Shown: piece by piece, positions 1 through 11,232 of the stretch
How the letters are laid out: every line of letters begins with the position of its first letter
Numbering within the stretch: the first letter of the stretch is position 1
Source of the DNA: Rubripirellula sp.
Lineage (GTDB): Bacteria > Planctomycetota > Planctomycetia > Pirellulales > Pirellulaceae
Assembly: GCA_965216875.1 (NCBI GenBank)
Contig: OZ244207.1
Coordinates: forward strand, 3,968,001 to 4,032,000
DNA length: 64,000 nt
Direction: 5' to 3'
Translations under genes and position numbers: made by a program
The notes under the pieces: model-generated
What the model saw: only the letters and a program-made list of their open reading frames with translations
Told to the model about the DNA's origin: nothing
Database searches by the model: none

Positions 1-1
1 C

Positions 2-3000
2 CGTCACTTGGTCGCTGACGAACGTCACCTGACTGCCGGTCACATCGACCGATTCAAACAGCGAATCGTCAGCGGAACGGAAGACCGATATCGTTCCCGC
101 CCCGGCAAACACCGCCATGTCGAAAGTCATGACCAGCGGAGCGTCGGTTTCGACCCCTTGCGCATCGTCGGCCGGACTGAGCGAGGCGATCGCGGGCCCA
201 GCAAGTTGGGTCACACCATCGATGTTCAGCAAATATTCGCCAGAGGTGAACGACCGAGCAAAGACGCGCACTTTGTGTGCGCCAAGCCGAGTGATCGTAT
301 GGGTCAGCGAACCGTCGTCCGCACTGGCGACCAAGACATCGTTAGAATCATAGAGTTCGACAAAATGGCTCAGGTCATTGTCGAACAATCCGCTCGCGTC
401 ACCGGGTGTGGAAACCGTAACGGTGATTTCGTCACCCACTTGTGGCTCAAACGTATAGTGATCTGTATCCCCGGTTGACTCGCGGAAGTACGAGATCAAG
501 TCGATGCCGTCGGTCGAATAGGTGAGCGGCAAGACTTGTGCGAGCGTGCTCGAGTAGCTGAGGTCTCGCAGCCAACCATGAACCGGCGTTTCTTCTATGA
601 AGTAAGTATCCGGCCCCAACGCAACGGCTCGCGCAACGTAGCCACGGTCATCTTGGAGTGGAGCCGAGGAAGAAACGCCTTGTGTCGAGATCAGGAATAT
701 CTGGTCTTGAAAGATCTCCATCCCATTCAGGATTCCGGTCGTCGGAGTGTCGGCCGTCGCAACCTGGTTGTGACTGTTAACGTCGATCACGGTCACACGA
801 GAGGGAGCACTGCGAGCGGCATAGAGATAGTCGCCCTGGCTATCCAATTCGATGGCGACCAAGCCAGACAACCCAGTGATTGTGTCGACCACCGTCGAAC
901 TGGCGCCGTTGACGGCAATCACCGAAACGGATCCCGAAGAAACGTTTGTGGTAAACACCTTCGAGCCATCATTCGAGAAGATCGCTCGACGCGGCGAGCT
1001 GCCAACCGAAAGTCGAGCGACCTCGCTGAAGGTGCTTGTGGATATCAACACTAGTTCGTCATCGCGTGTTGCCGGCACGGCAAGGAGCGAACCGTCTGGC
1101 GAAAGAGTGATTTTCGTGTGGCGGTTGAATGAAGCATAGGTGTTGCCGACGGCAAGCGTCCTTCCCAGCACGCTCGCATCGCCATCCAGATCAATCTCGT
1201 AAAGGAAGTCCGTTGTCGACGAGTCTGTCGTCAACACATAAGCCTTCGTGCCATCGTCGTTGACCAACAAATGCCGCGGTGAGTCCGTGAGCCCGCTGAT
1301 CGTCGCAACAGAAGATTTGGCTGACAGGTCGACAACGGACACCGAATGGTCTTCGGAGTTGCTCACGACGGCGTGAGTCCCGTCGGGTGTAAACGCGACG
1401 TACTGGGGCCCATCGCCCGTCGGAATCCAATCGGTCGCCGTCTGAGTCTCGAGGTCCACGATCGTGATATTATCCGACTCGAAGTTCGTGGTGATCGCAG
1501 TGCGACCGTCGGGCGAAACTTCGACGGAAAAGGGAACATCCCCTTCAGGCGATGTACCGGCGACAACCTCAGCCAGCACACTCGATGACGCACCGTCGAT
1601 ATTCAGGACCGAGAATTGTTGTGTCGCCGTACTGGTCGCTTGAATCCCTTTGTATTCAGTTGGGCTCGTCGCAATCTGATTCAGGAACAAGAAGACCGGC
1701 AAGTTCTTCACAACCTGTCGCGTTTCGACATCAATCACCCAGCGGCTCAGCAAGTACTTCTTGTCAAAGCTGTATGCGAAATCATCAACGCTCCCGCTCC
1801 CTGCCGAAGCGTCGGTCGTGCCATCACTCAGGTCGATAAAGACCATCTTGTTGAATCCACCTGAAATCAAGAATTGCTCGTCAGGTGTCAACAGGATCTT
1901 CTGAGAACGCAAGTCTTCGGTTTGCAGCGTCTGAGCGATTTGCAAACTGACCAAATCGATTTCGGTAATGGTGCCGTCGCCGAAGGCGGTCGCCAGATAG
2001 GCCTTGGTTCCATCGGCATTGATCGTCACGTTACGCGATCCACGCGCGGTCTCGAGTGCTGCCAACTCGATGCCCGTACCGATATCGTAGATTCGCCCCG
2101 TCGCAACTTGATTGGCCTCCGTTGGAACGACAACCTTGGTGCCATCGGGGGTGATCGCAAAGTCGGAGTACCCCAGTTGCGCCGTCCCCGCGGGCCCGGA
2201 ATAAAGCGACAGCGACGTGACGCCGATTCCTTCGGTCGGAATGCTGCGTACTTCTTCGAGCGTGTCCATCGCGATGACGATCAACTTGTCGTCATCGGTC
2301 GCCACAACCGCCTGCTCGCCATCGGGAGTCATATGAACTCGAAACGGCCAAAACCCGGACACGGGAACGTCGGCCACCTTGGTTAGATTCACCAAGTCGA
2401 TCACGGTCACCGAATCACCACTCGTATTGGCCGTCACCGCCCGCGTTCCATCGGGTGACAGGGCGATGTTGACCGGCTCGCCGTCGACCGGGATGGTCGC
2501 TTCGACCGCATAGGTGTCGGCGTTGTAGACCATCACATTGCGGCTGCTGCGGTGTGCGATCAGGAACTTTGTGCCGTCGTGAGTGAATACGACATGGCGA
2601 TTCAAGTCGCCGTCAGGATCGGAATTGATCGAAATGAAGTTGGGCCCCGGCGTCGTTGCAACACTCACATCGCGAGCCCGCTGCGTTTGAGAAAAAACGA
2701 TCTTGGCTAAATCGCCTTCGACTCGAACATCGGCGTCTTCAAGTAGCGCATTGGGGATGAAACGGTTCTCGCCAATCTGGGTAAATTGATCCCAATCAAC
2801 CGGTGAATGCGGTGTATGACTTTGCCCTGCTGGCGTCTCACTCAGTTCGCCCAGATGCCCCAGCGCCGTGAGCGATGTGCCGATCGATTGGGCATCAGCA
2901 ATGGTATCGTTGGCCGGGTGATCAAACGTGGCGCCGTGAACGATGGCGCCATGATACGCACCGGCCGCGCCCGCAATCCGCAGCGAGACGACACCAGCCG

Positions 3001-5719
3001 ATTCAAAGTTCACAATCCGCGTCTGATCCTCAACGATCGTGCCCGTGATCAGCTCCGTCCCATCGCTAGCGTGAATGGCCAAGTCGAGGTCGCCGCCGCC
3101 CTGAACCACGACGGTGACGGGCGAATTGCCATCGAGCGTGAGATCGAACCAATCAACATCCGAAGCGGTTTCGAGCTGCCCCGACAAGCCAATCCTCGAC
3201 ACGTCGGCCGACAAGGTTGTGACTCCATTGTCGATGTCTTGAGCCGTTGCTTGAGTGTCGTTCGCAGTCCCGAGCGCCGACTCAACCTCGACAACAGCAT
3301 TCAACGACGCCGTCAGTTGATAGGCGCCCGCTGTTGCACCGACGTTTGACACTTCGATGGTGTACTGACCCGATGCCGCAACCGGAGCCGATTGAATCAA
3401 CAACGAATCGCCCGCCGAACCGGCACTCTGAGAATCAAGCTCCACACCGCCAGGGTCAAGCAGACGAACCTGTCCCTGCACGGCCGTCACTGTCGAATCG
3501 AACGCGACCGACAGAACTTGGCCGCCTTCAAGATCAAGCGTGTAACTGTCGACATCGTTGGCATCGTGCAGTTCGCCGGGCACGACGCCCTGGTAAATCA
3601 TCGACCCGAGTGGCGACTGAGCCTCGAGTGTTGCCGGGTACTCCGTCGTTACGGCATCCAACACATAGGATGCAGTGTAGGGCTGGTTGCCAAAACCAAG
3701 CTGATCGACCACAGCCCCCGCTGGCAACGTCAACTGCAACGCCGATTCACTACGAAAACCTGTCAAGGTGTATTCGACAGTGTCGCTATCGATTGCCTGG
3801 ACATTTGCTACTTGGCCGTGACTCAATAGCAGGTCATTCAACCCGAGAGATCCTGCGTTGATTGGTTCGCTAAAGTCCAATCGAAAAGTCGGAGAGGTGA
3901 TTGGCGCAGGCGAACCGGCTGCGGGAGTAATCGCAGTCACCACCAACGGGGTCGGATCATAAAAGAAGGTTGCGTCCAAGCGAGCGATTCCATCGGCATC
4001 AGCTTGGCGGAAAATGGTGTCCGTGTCGATCACCATCACCTGCGAACCTTCGATCGTCACAGGTGTCGTGTTGAACGTGATCTGCGCCGTGTCGCTGTCG
4101 AGCAAAACGACGCCATCCGCAGTGATTCCATTGACGGTCAAATCGGTGGCATCGACCGATCCAGCGTCAACGGGATCGGAAAAATCAATCGTGAAGACTG
4201 TCGGCGCGGTCGATAGGATTTCGTCTTCAGCGGGAGAGGCTGGCGTTGCAAACAAGCCCATCCGCTGAAGTGTGCCAAAGGCGTTCAATCGACCGCCAGT
4301 CACCGTTTTGCCGGTCAATGCCGAAATCGGATCCGTGCTGTCGTAGATCGCATCGCGAATCTCGGCGTACGTCGCATCTGGATCGACACTCCACGCGAGC
4401 GCCGCAGCGCCCGCGACATGTGGACTGGCCATCGACGTCCCACTCTTGAAGCCGTACCCATCACTGAGCACGGTGCTATAGATCGAGGAACCGGGCGCTC
4501 CCAAATCGACCGAGGTCAAACCGTAGTTTGAAAACGACGACAACGAATCGGAAGACGTCGTCGATGCTACCGAAATGATGTTGTCGAGATCGTACGAAGA
4601 GGGATAGTGCGGCGTGACCTCATTGTCGCGAGAGTCGTTTCCTGCCGCCGCAACAAACAACATTCCCTCTTGCCCGCTCGCTTCGATCGCATCCCGCAAC
4701 AGTGTCGACGAGCCACCGCCACCCCAACTGTTGTTCGTCAAAGGAATGTTCACACCATGATCACGTTTCATCATCGTGGCGTACTGGACAGCTTCAATCG
4801 CATCCGAAGTGCTTCCTGTCCCTCCCGACCCTAGAAACTTGAGCGCCATGATCTGAGCGTTCCAGTTCACGCCGACAACGCCAACGTTGTTGTTGCCAAC
4901 CGCAGCGATCGTGCCGGCGACATGCGTCCCATGGCTATGGTCGTCGACTGGGTCGTTGTCGTTGTTTCGAAAGTCCCAGCCGTAAAAGTCATCGACGTAG
5001 CCGTTGTTGTCGTCATCAACACCGTCTGCCACACACGTTCCATAGCCGCCCGGGCACTCCACCGGATTGGTCCACGTGTTGGCAGCGAGGTCGGGATGGT
5101 TGTAGTCGACCCCTGTATCGATGACACCCACCACAACGCTATCGGAACCTGTCGACAAGTCCCATGCCTCGGGGGCGTCAATGTCGGCATCACTCGATTG
5201 GTGTAGCCCCCAAAGACGATCGTATTCGGGATCGTTGGGAGTGACGTCAACCGAAATCACAAAGTCGGGCTCGGCGTGCTGAAAACCGGGCATGGTCGAA
5301 AAGACTTCCGTTGCGAGCGCAGGCGGAAGTTCGTCAGGGAACTGAAACAGATAGATGCCCGCGTCACTGATCTTTTGACCTACACGGATTGCGGCCGAAT
5401 GCACGCGCGCATCCGTGCCCTGGACTTGCGGGCCAAGACCGATCGTTTTACTCGAGACCGCCGCGACGGGATCAACCCGAACGATCCATTGCCCACGATG
5501 CACGTCCACGCGCTCGCCCTGCCACACCATCGACTCGATGTCCGAGTCGATCGCGGTCGGACTGGGATCCACAGAAACCAAATCTCCAGCCAACAAGTGA
5601 CGAGCCTCAAGCGGCTCATGCCGTAGGATTCGCTCGCGCAATCGTCGGCGTTTGCTGGAATCACTGTGGTTGAATGGTTCGACAAACTTGCGTTGATAAC
5701 GCTCCGGGTGGATTGCCAT
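2..5719 (-). CDS. Giant secreted S8 (subtilisin-like) peptidase with Ig-like/PPC domains and YVTN-type beta-propeller; 3' end lies beyond the left edge
   Basis: Manual translation from ATG at 5719: MAIHPERY...RHEPLEARHLLAGD (LEPR-XLL-like), VIDTG, HGTHVAG, AAGN, GTSMASPH, then SPDG/TPDG propeller repeats; same frame reads ...SDQVT at base 2 with no stop seen. Confidence 0.9.
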   Translation of the reverse strand, partial: MAIHPERYQRKFVEPFNHSDSSKRRRLRERILRHEPLEARHLLAGDLVSVDPSPTAIDSDIESMVWQGERVDVHRGQWIVRVDPVAAVSSKTIGLGPQVQGTDARVHSAAIRVGQKISDAGIYLFQFPDELPPALATEVFSTMPGFQHAEPDFVISVDVTPNDPEYDRLWGLHQSSDADIDAPEAWDLSTGSDSVVVGVIDTGVDYNHPDLAANTWTNPVECPGGYGTCVADGVDDDNNGYVDDFYGWDFRNNDNDPVDDHSHGTHVAGTIAAVGNNNVGVVGVNWNAQIMALKFLGSGGTGSTSDAIEAVQYATMMKRDHGVNIPLTNNSWGGGGSSTLLRDAIEASGQEGMLFVAAAGNDSRDNEVTPHYPSSYDLDNIISVASTTSSDSLSSFSNYGLTSVDLGAPGSSIYSTVLSDGYGFKSGTSMASPHVAGAAALAWSVDPDATYAEIRDAIYDSTDPISALTGKTVTGGRLNAFGTLQRMGLFATPASPAEDEILSTAPTVFTIDFSDPVDAGSVDATDLTVNGITADGVVLLDSDTAQITFNTTPVTIEGSQVMVIDTDTIFRQADADGIARLDATFFYDPTPLVVTAITPAAGSPAPITSPTFRLDFSEPINAGSLGLNDLLLSHGQVANVQAIDSDTVEYTLTGFRSESALQLTLPAGAVVDQLGFGNQPYTASYVLDAVTTEYPATLEAQSPLGSMIYQGVVPGELHDANDVDSYTLDLEGGQVLSVAFDSTVTAVQGQVRLLDPGGVELDSQSAGSAGDSLLIQSAPVAASGQYTIEVSNVGATAGAYQLTASLNAVVEVESALGTANDTQATAQDIDNGVTTLSADVSRIGLSGQLETASDVDWFDLTLDGNSPVTVVVQGGGDLDLAIHASDGTELITGTIVEDQTRIVNFESAGVVSLRIAGAAGAYHGAIVHGATFDHPANDTIADAQSIGTSLTALGHLGELSETPAGQSHTPHSPVDWDQFTQIGENRFIPNALLEDADVRVEGDLAKIVFSQTQRARDVSVATTPGPNFISINSDPDGDLNRHVVFTHDGTKFLIAHRSSRNVMVYNADTYAVEATIPVDGEPVNIALSPDGTRAVTANTSGDSVTVIDLVNLTKVADVPVSGFWPFRVHMTPDGEQAVVATDDDKLIVIAMDTLEEVRSIPTEGIGVTSLSLYSGPAGTAQLGYSDFAITPDGTKVVVPTEANQVATGRIYDIGTGIELAALETARGSRNVTINADGTKAYLATAFGDGTITEIDLVSLQIAQTLQTEDLRSQKILLTPDEQFLISGGFNKMVFIDLSDGTTDASAGSGSVDDFAYSFDKKYLLSRWVIDVETRQVVKNLPVFLFLNQIATSPTEYKGIQATSTATQQFSVLNIDGASSSVLAEVVAGTSPEGDVPFSVEVSPDGRTAITTNFESDNITIVDLETQTATDWIPTGDGPQYVAFTPDGTHAVVSNSEDHSVSVVDLSAKSSVATISGLTDSPRHLLVNDDGTKAYVLTTDSSTTDFLYEIDLDGDASVLGRTLAVGNTYASFNRHTKITLSPDGSLLAVPATRDDELVLISTSTFSEVARLSVGSSPRRAIFSNDGSKVFTTNVSSGSVSVIAVNGASSTVVDTITGLSGLVAIELDSQGDYLYAARSAPSRVTVIDVNSHNQVATADTPTTGILNGMEIFQDQIFLISTQGVSSSAPLQDDRGYVARAVALGPDTYFIEETPVHGWLRDLSYSSTLAQVLPLTYSTDGIDLISYFRESTGDTDHYTFEPQVGDEITVTVSTPGDASGLFDNDLSHFVELYDSNDVLVASADDGSLTHTITRLGAHKVRVFARSFTSGEYLLNIDGVTQLAGPAIASLSPADDAQGVETDAPLVMTFDMAVFAGAGTISVFRSADDSLFESVDVTGSQVTFVSDQVT

Positions 5720-5959
5720 CGTTCCCCAAATGCACAATTCGATAACTTAGATAAGGCCGAAAAAATAGCCTGGGCAGGGGACTAGTATACGACAAGAAGA
5801 TGGGGATTTCCCGGCTCTTGGCCAGCTCGCGATTCCAGAACGGGAGCTGACGCACTCGGAACGACGCCGATCAGCCGGAAAAACGCCTCGGCGCTCGTTC
5901 CGGCTCACATGAAGCTACCCTCACACCGCGGAAACTGCCTGGAAATCGGGCGAATGCGA

Positions 5960-6379
5960 TCAGTCCGATTTGTTTTCGGCACGCGCAGCCTTGTCGATGA
6001 TCACCAGTGTGTTTGGCTGGATGACTCGCAGGTAGTACGGATGCACCGGATTCCCATCGCTCGATACGAGTACGACCGAGGGCTTCTTGAGCGCCGTCAC
6101 GATGGCCTTTTGATCCAAACGTTTGCCCGCGGCATTGGTCACTTCAAGATCAGACAGCTTGCGTTTGTGATACTTCCAAAGCCAAATCGGCTTTCCACCC
6201 AATTTGGAATCCATTGGGTACGACAACAACACATCCGTCCCGCTTGGAATAAAGGCTTCACGAAACAGCGGAGTGGGCGTCGGCACTTGCGGCTTCATTG
6301 GAAGTGACTCGCCCGGCTGCTCTGCGATGGCGGACAGCGAGAGGAACAACACCAGCACGAGTGCAATCGATCGGCACAT
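5960..6379 (-). CDS. Hypothetical secreted protein
   Basis: Internal ATG gives signal-peptide-like MCRSIALVLVLFLSLSAIA; GAGGG upstream. Confidence 0.7.
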   Translation of the reverse strand: MCRSIALVLVLFLSLSAIAEQPGESLPMKPQVPTPTPLFREAFIPSGTDVLLSYPMDSKLGGKPIWLWKYHKRKLSDLEVTNAAGKRLDQKAIVTALKKPSVVLVSSDGNPVHPYYLRVIQPNTLVIIDKAARAENKSD

Positions 6380-6479
6380 CTGCGTACCCTCTGGATAAGG
6401 AGGCATGGAATGACACTTCAAGCGTATGAGCAAAACCTTGGGTGCGGACTGAATCGAATCGTCATGATTTCTTAGAGCC

Positions 6480-6767
6480 TCAATCGCTGGTTTGTGCGAA
6501 GCTCGCGGCAAATCGCTGATGCACCGCCAGCCCACCAAGTAATCCGCCGATGATGGCGACAAGCCCGGAACCGGGCATCACCAAGAAACCAAGATTCAAA
6601 CCGAGGTAGGTCGCCAACCCCACGACCATCGGAGCGAACCGGTGGCCGCCCCGCGGTCTCGAACGCTCACGAGACGCAGCGAGCTGCATTCCCCACGCCG
6701 TCAACGTTACGCCCAACGCAAACGTGAGGAATCCAAGTTGTGCTTCAGCAAACTGAACCAAACTCAT
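6480..6767 (-). CDS. Small hypothetical membrane protein (about 3 TM)
   Basis: Three hydrophobic segments in a 95-aa ORF, co-oriented with neighbours. Confidence 0.55.
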   Translation of the reverse strand: MSLVQFAEAQLGFLTFALGVTLTAWGMQLAASRERSRPRGGHRFAPMVVGLATYLGLNLGFLVMPGSGLVAIIGGLLGGLAVHQRFAASFAQTSD

Positions 6768-6901
6768 CCCATTGGAAACCAATAGGGGACAAAGCGTCTC
6801 TGGAAGAGACAGGATTCCACAGCCCCCTTTCTAACATGCTCGCGGCCGCGATGCTGAAAATTACGTCACCGGCTCGCCGACCTGCAGGCGAAAGTGGGAC
6901 T

Positions 6902-6954
6902 GGAGGTCATGCTTCGGATGACGGTCCAAGAGTGTCATGCAAAGCATGACCTAC
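6902..6954. repeat. REP-like inverted doublet, family B (GTAGGTCATGC...GCATGAC)
   Basis: ggaggtcatgcttcggatgac...gtcatgcaaagcatgacctac; related copies at 44787-44840 and 56247-56268. Confidence 0.75.
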
Positions 6955-6992
6955 TGGTCGGTCCAGCTCCAAATGTCACGCATCCGGATAGC

Positions 6993-7091
6993 ACTCTCCC
7001 TTGGGAGAGTCGGGCTCTCAGGCCCGGTGAGGGGCACTTCGAACGGCCCTCCCCGGGCTTTAGCGCCCGACCCTCCCACAAGTGGGAGGGT
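6993..7091. repeat. CCCTCCC/GGGAGGG-type palindromic intergenic repeat (inverted pair)
   Basis: actctcccttgggagagtcgggc...gcccgaccctcccacaagtgggagggt; related unit at 8600-8642. Confidence 0.7.
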
Positions 7092-7150
7092 AATTCCTGT
7101 TGAGACCGACCACTACGCTAAATGCGGGATGACGAACCTGCAGATTGCGT

Positions 7151-8530
7151 TCAGGATGCGGGTGCGCCGTCTTCTTTCATTCGCTCGCGCAGTTCTTTAC
7201 AGGCGTCGCTTGGGTTGCTGCATAGCGAACAACTTACACTTCCATCTTCGCCCGTCTTACTCGAGAGTCCGCCGCACGACCCGCTGATCGGCTTGCCTCG
7301 CAACATCACGCCGAGTCCCATCCCGACCAGGATGATTGCGAAGATCAATGCGGTGAGGATCACCACCGCGACCAAATTCCCCATGCCGTTGGGTGCGATC
7401 GCGGGCGCTTCGGCCGCAGCCACTTCCGCTCCAGCCTGTGCGTACTTTGCCAACACACCGGTACCGTGCAGGACGAGCTCGTCGCCCTTTCTCTCGGATA
7501 CCAACACGGACATTTTTTCCGACGCCGCAAGCTGCAATCCCTCTTCGACGCCAACCACATTGATGGCGGTCGCCCAAGCATCGGCCGCCATGCAAGTTGG
7601 CGCGATCACCGATACCGAAGCGACACCGTGCTCGATTGGTGCTTGGCGTCGCGGATCGATTGTGTGGGAATAGCGTTTGCCGTCGGCTTCGAAATAGTTG
7701 CGATAGTCACCGGACGTTGCCATCGATTCGTCACGCCCGTCGCGCGTGCTCATCCCATGGGCAATCAACTCTTGCTTTGAGTCATCAACAGTTGGCAACT
7801 CAATACCGACCTGCCACCACTGATCACCTTTCTGGCCACTGGTGCGGACTTCGCCACCAATCTCAACGAACACGTTTTCGATGCCGAGTGAATCGAGCAG
7901 CTCGACCACTCGATCGACGCCGTGCCCTTTGGCAATTGCCGACAAGTCGACCTGCAAACCTGGGACTTCCTTGCGTAGCGCCGGTGGGTCGGTTCGCACA
8001 GAGAGTTTCTTGTAACCAACCGACTTGGAAAGTTCGGCCAGAGTTTCCGAATCGGGAACGGTTCGATCGCGCGGCGTCGGACCAAAGCTCCACGCGTTGA
8101 CGAGCGGCCCTACCGTGACGTCGAACGCGCCGCCGGTTTTCTCGGCAACCGCTTGGGCGTACGCAACGACTTCCGCCGTCTCTTTGCTGACCGGAAACCA
8201 ATCGGTCGAATCGGTTGCGTTGAACCGACCGAGTTCCGACGACTTGAGGTAGGTCGACATCTGGTCGTTCACGCGACGCAGCTCTGCGTCGATCAACAAC
8301 GGAAGATCTTTGTCGAGCTCGGGCGGGTCAAAAATCTTGACCATGTAGAGCGTGCCCATCGTTTGGCCACGCAACTGGACGATGCCCTTGGCAGCCTTGG
8401 CCTGGACCGCATCGTCCGGGGCGGAAGGGTCTTGGGATTGAGCGGGAGTCCCAAGCAAGAGGCTTGCGACCAAGGCGAGCAACAAAGCGGCAAGTTTGGA
8501 TTGCTGCCGAATGGTTTGATTGATCAACAT
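7151..8530 (-). CDS. apbE: FAD:protein FMN transferase ApbE fused to C-terminal NqrM-like domain
   Basis: TMGT, DLSAIAKG, EIGGE, ATSGDYRNYF, YSHTIDP, ADAWATA motifs; C-terminal TM plus KPISGSCGGL...CSLC...C; directly downstream of nqrF. Start codon uncertain. Confidence 0.92.
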   Translation of the reverse strand: MLINQTIRQQSKLAALLLALVASLLLGTPAQSQDPSAPDDAVQAKAAKGIVQLRGQTMGTLYMVKIFDPPELDKDLPLLIDAELRRVNDQMSTYLKSSELGRFNATDSTDWFPVSKETAEVVAYAQAVAEKTGGAFDVTVGPLVNAWSFGPTPRDRTVPDSETLAELSKSVGYKKLSVRTDPPALRKEVPGLQVDLSAIAKGHGVDRVVELLDSLGIENVFVEIGGEVRTSGQKGDQWWQVGIELPTVDDSKQELIAHGMSTRDGRDESMATSGDYRNYFEADGKRYSHTIDPRRQAPIEHGVASVSVIAPTCMAADAWATAINVVGVEEGLQLAASEKMSVLVSERKGDELVLHGTGVLAKYAQAGAEVAAAEAPAIAPNGMGNLVAVVILTALIFAIILVGMGLGVMLRGKPISGSCGGLSSKTGEDGSVSCSLCSNPSDACKELRERMKEDGAPAS

Positions 8531-8599
8531 CAAAGCACCAGTTTGGTGGCCATGCCTCACGACAACTGAGCGGCGAACCGCTCAACTTCCCCTTACAAC

Positions 8600-8642
8600 T
8601 CCCTCCTTCCCATGGAGGGTCGGGCGCTAGAGCCCGGGGAGG
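8600..8642. repeat. CCCTCC/GGAGGG-type palindromic repeat
   Basis: ccctccttcccatggagggtcgggcgctagagcccggggagg resembles the reverse complement of 7047-7091. Confidence 0.65.
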
Positions 8643-8694
8643 TTTCGCCCCTCCCAGAGGAACAGTGGCGCTGCCTGCCTACCGATCATTCAGC

Positions 8695-9912
8695 TTAGCC
8701 GCCGAAGTCATCGTATGCGATGTTCTCTGGCTCGACACCGAGGTCGTCCAACATCTTGAAGACCGCCTGGTTCATCATTGGCGGACCACAGATGTAGTAT
8801 TCGATATCTTCCGGTGCTGGGTGCTTGCTCAAGTAGTTGTCGAGCAACACTTGGTGAATGAACCCAACGTAGCCGTCCCAGTTGTCTTCGGGCTGAGGCT
8901 CGGAAAGGGCGATGTTGAACTTGAAGTTCGGAAAATCTTTTTCGATATCACGGAAGTGATCGATGTAGAACAACTCGCGAAGACTACGACCACCGTACCA
9001 GTACGAAACCTTACGGTCGGTCTTTTGTCGCTTGAACAACTCGAAGATGTGGCTTCGCAGTGGAGCCATACCAGCACCACCACCGATGTAAACCATTTCG
9101 GCCTCGCTGTCCTTGATAAAGAACTCGCCGTAAGGTCCCGAGATCGTCGCTTTGTCACCTGGCTTGAGCGAGAAGATCCAGCTACTCATCTTTCCTGGCG
9201 GCACGTCTGGCAATCGCGGCGGAGGCGATGCGACGCGAATGTTCAGCATGATGATGCCTTTTTCGCCAGGGTAGTTTGCCATCGAGTAAGCACGAATCAC
9301 AGGCTCGTCGACCTTCGAGACAAATCGCCAGATGTCGAACTTATCCCAGTCGTCGTGATACTCTTCTTCGATGTCGAAGTCTTTGTAGGCGATTTCGTGC
9401 GGAGGACATTCAATTTGGATGTAACCACCCGCCCTGAAGTCGACCTCTTCGCCTTCGGGAAGTTCGAGCACGAACTCTTTGATGAACGTCGCAACATTGT
9501 GGTTGCTGCGAACGGTGCATTCCCACTTTTTGGTATCGAATGCTTCGGCGGGAACTTCGACCGTCATGTCGGTCTTGACCGCAACCTGACAGCTCAAGCG
9601 TTCGCCTTCGGCAGCTTCCTTTTTGTTGATGTGGTCTTTTTCCGTTGCAAGGATATCGCCACCACCATCGGTGACTTTCACTTTGCACTGGGCACAGGTA
9701 CCACCACCACCGCAAGCACTACTGACAAAGATGCCTGCATCGGCCAAAGCACCCAACAGCTTTCCGCCAGCGGGAACTTCGATCTCTTTTTGTTCGTTGA
9801 CCATGATCTTGACCGCACCGGAATTCACCAGTTGGCTCTTGGCCGCCAAAATCACCAGCACCAGTGCGATCACCACACCGGTGAACATCACAACGCCGAG
9901 AATAATTGTCAT
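8695..9912 (-). CDS. nqrF: Na+-translocating NADH:quinone reductase subunit F
   Basis: [12 protein letters not shown] 2Fe-2S motif, [16 protein letters not shown]-terminal DDFGG. Confidence 0.98.
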   Translation of the reverse strand: MTIILGVVMFTGVVIALVLVILAAKSQLVNSGAVKIMVNEQKEIEVPAGGKLLGALADAGIFVSSACGGGGTCAQCKVKVTDGGGDILATEKDHINKKEAAEGERLSCQVAVKTDMTVEVPAEAFDTKKWECTVRSNHNVATFIKEFVLELPEGEEVDFRAGGYIQIECPPHEIAYKDFDIEEEYHDDWDKFDIWRFVSKVDEPVIRAYSMANYPGEKGIIMLNIRVASPPPRLPDVPPGKMSSWIFSLKPGDKATISGPYGEFFIKDSEAEMVYIGGGAGMAPLRSHIFELFKRQKTDRKVSYWYGGRSLRELFYIDHFRDIEKDFPNFKFNIALSEPQPEDNWDGYVGFIHQVLLDNYLSKHPAPEDIEYYICGPPMMNQAVFKMLDDLGVEPENIAYDDFGG

Positions 9913-9969
9913 CGTTTGAACTCTACGAATTGCTGCTTTGGATGGACGTTTTCAACGCGCGTCGACGGT

Positions 9970-10605
9970 CTACAGTTGGATACCGCCGAACGACATGAAT
10001 GCCAGCGCCATCAGGCCGACAGTGATAAACGTGATTCCGAGGCCACGAAGCGGCGGCGGAACGTCACTGTATTTCATCTTCTCACGAATACCGGCAAGCG
10101 CGGCGATCGCCAACGCCCAACCGACACCACATCCGAGGCCGTAAACGACTGCTTCGGGAAGGTTGTAGTTGCGTTCTTCCATGAACAGCGAACCACCAAG
10201 GATCGCACAGTTCACGGTGATCAGCGGCAAGAAGATACCGAGCGTGTTGTAGAGAGCTGGCACATACTTATCGAGAAACATCTCGAGGATTTGCACCATC
10301 GCCGCAATCACGCCGATGTAACTGATGAAGGTCAGGAACGACAAGTCAACCGTTGCAAAGTCGACCGTCGAAGTTGGGATGAAATTGTTAGCCCAAACCA
10401 ACGCACCCTTCTTCAGCAGCCATGAGTAAATCAATTGGTTAGCGGGAATCGTGATCCCTTCGATCACGATCACGGCCAAGCCAAGGCCAAGCGCCGTCTT
10501 GACGTTCTTACTGATCGCCAAAAAGGTACACATCCCCAGGAAGAATGCGAGTGCGAGGTTTTCGATGAAAACCGCAGTGATGAAAATGCTTAGTAGGTGT
10601 TCCAC
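9970..10605 (-). CDS. nqrE: Na+-NQR subunit E
   Basis: [26 protein letters not shown] motifs; operon position. Confidence 0.97.
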   Translation of the reverse strand: MEHLLSIFITAVFIENLALAFFLGMCTFLAISKNVKTALGLGLAVIVIEGITIPANQLIYSWLLKKGALVWANNFIPTSTVDFATVDLSFLTFISYIGVIAAMVQILEMFLDKYVPALYNTLGIFLPLITVNCAILGGSLFMEERNYNLPEAVVYGLGCGVGWALAIAALAGIREKMKYSDVPPPLRGLGITFITVGLMALAFMSFGGIQL

Positions 10606-10608
10606 AGC

Positions 10609-11232
10609 TTAAGCCTCCTCGATCTGCTCAGGACGGAATGCCCGAATCACCCAGATCAGAAACCCGATCAGGAAGAATGCACTTGGGGGCAACAGCATCA
10701 AGTTGTTGGGGTTGTACCAGCCACCATTTCGGTCAAGTTCCAAAATGGTGATGCCGAACAGCGAACCACTTCCGAAGAGTTCGCGGAAGAACGCGACAAA
10801 CAGCAAAACCATTCCGTACCCAAGACCGTTGCCGATCCCGTCAAGGAAACTGATCCCTGCATTGTTTTTCATCGCAAAGCCCTCGGCACGGCCCATCACG
10901 ATACAGTTGGTGATGATCAGGCCGACGAAGACCGAAAGTTGTTTCGAAATGTCGAACAAGAATGCCTTGAGCAGCTGGTCGACGATGATCACCAGCGAAG
11001 CGATGACGGTCATCTGAACGATGATCCGAATGCTCGTTGGAATGAAGTGACGAATGGCACTGACGGCAAGGTTACTGAACGCGGTCACCGCGATCACAGC
11101 AACACTCATCACAGCCGACGTTTCCATCTTGGTTGTCACCGCGAGAGCCGAACAGATCCCGAGGATCTGGAGAGCAATCGGGTTATTGTTGACCAACGGG
11201 TCGGTCAACACATCGAGTTTCTTATCAGCCAT
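10609..11232 (-). CDS. nqrD: Na+-NQR subunit D
   Basis: [31 protein letters not shown]. Confidence 0.97.
   Translation of the reverse strand: MADKKLDVLTDPLVNNNPIALQILGICSALAVTTKMETSAVMSVAVIAVTAFSNLAVSAIRHFIPTSIRIIVQMTVIASLVIIVDQLLKAFLFDISKQLSVFVGLIITNCIVMGRAEGFAMKNNAGISFLDGIGNGLGYGMVLLFVAFFRELFGSGSLFGITILELDRNGGWYNPNNLMLLPPSAFFLIGFLIWVIRAFRPEQIEEA

Noticed and set aside
8..5673. Many plus-strand ORFs of 60-204 aa
   Set aside because: Antisense shadows of the giant minus-strand subtilase gene; no recognisable motifs.
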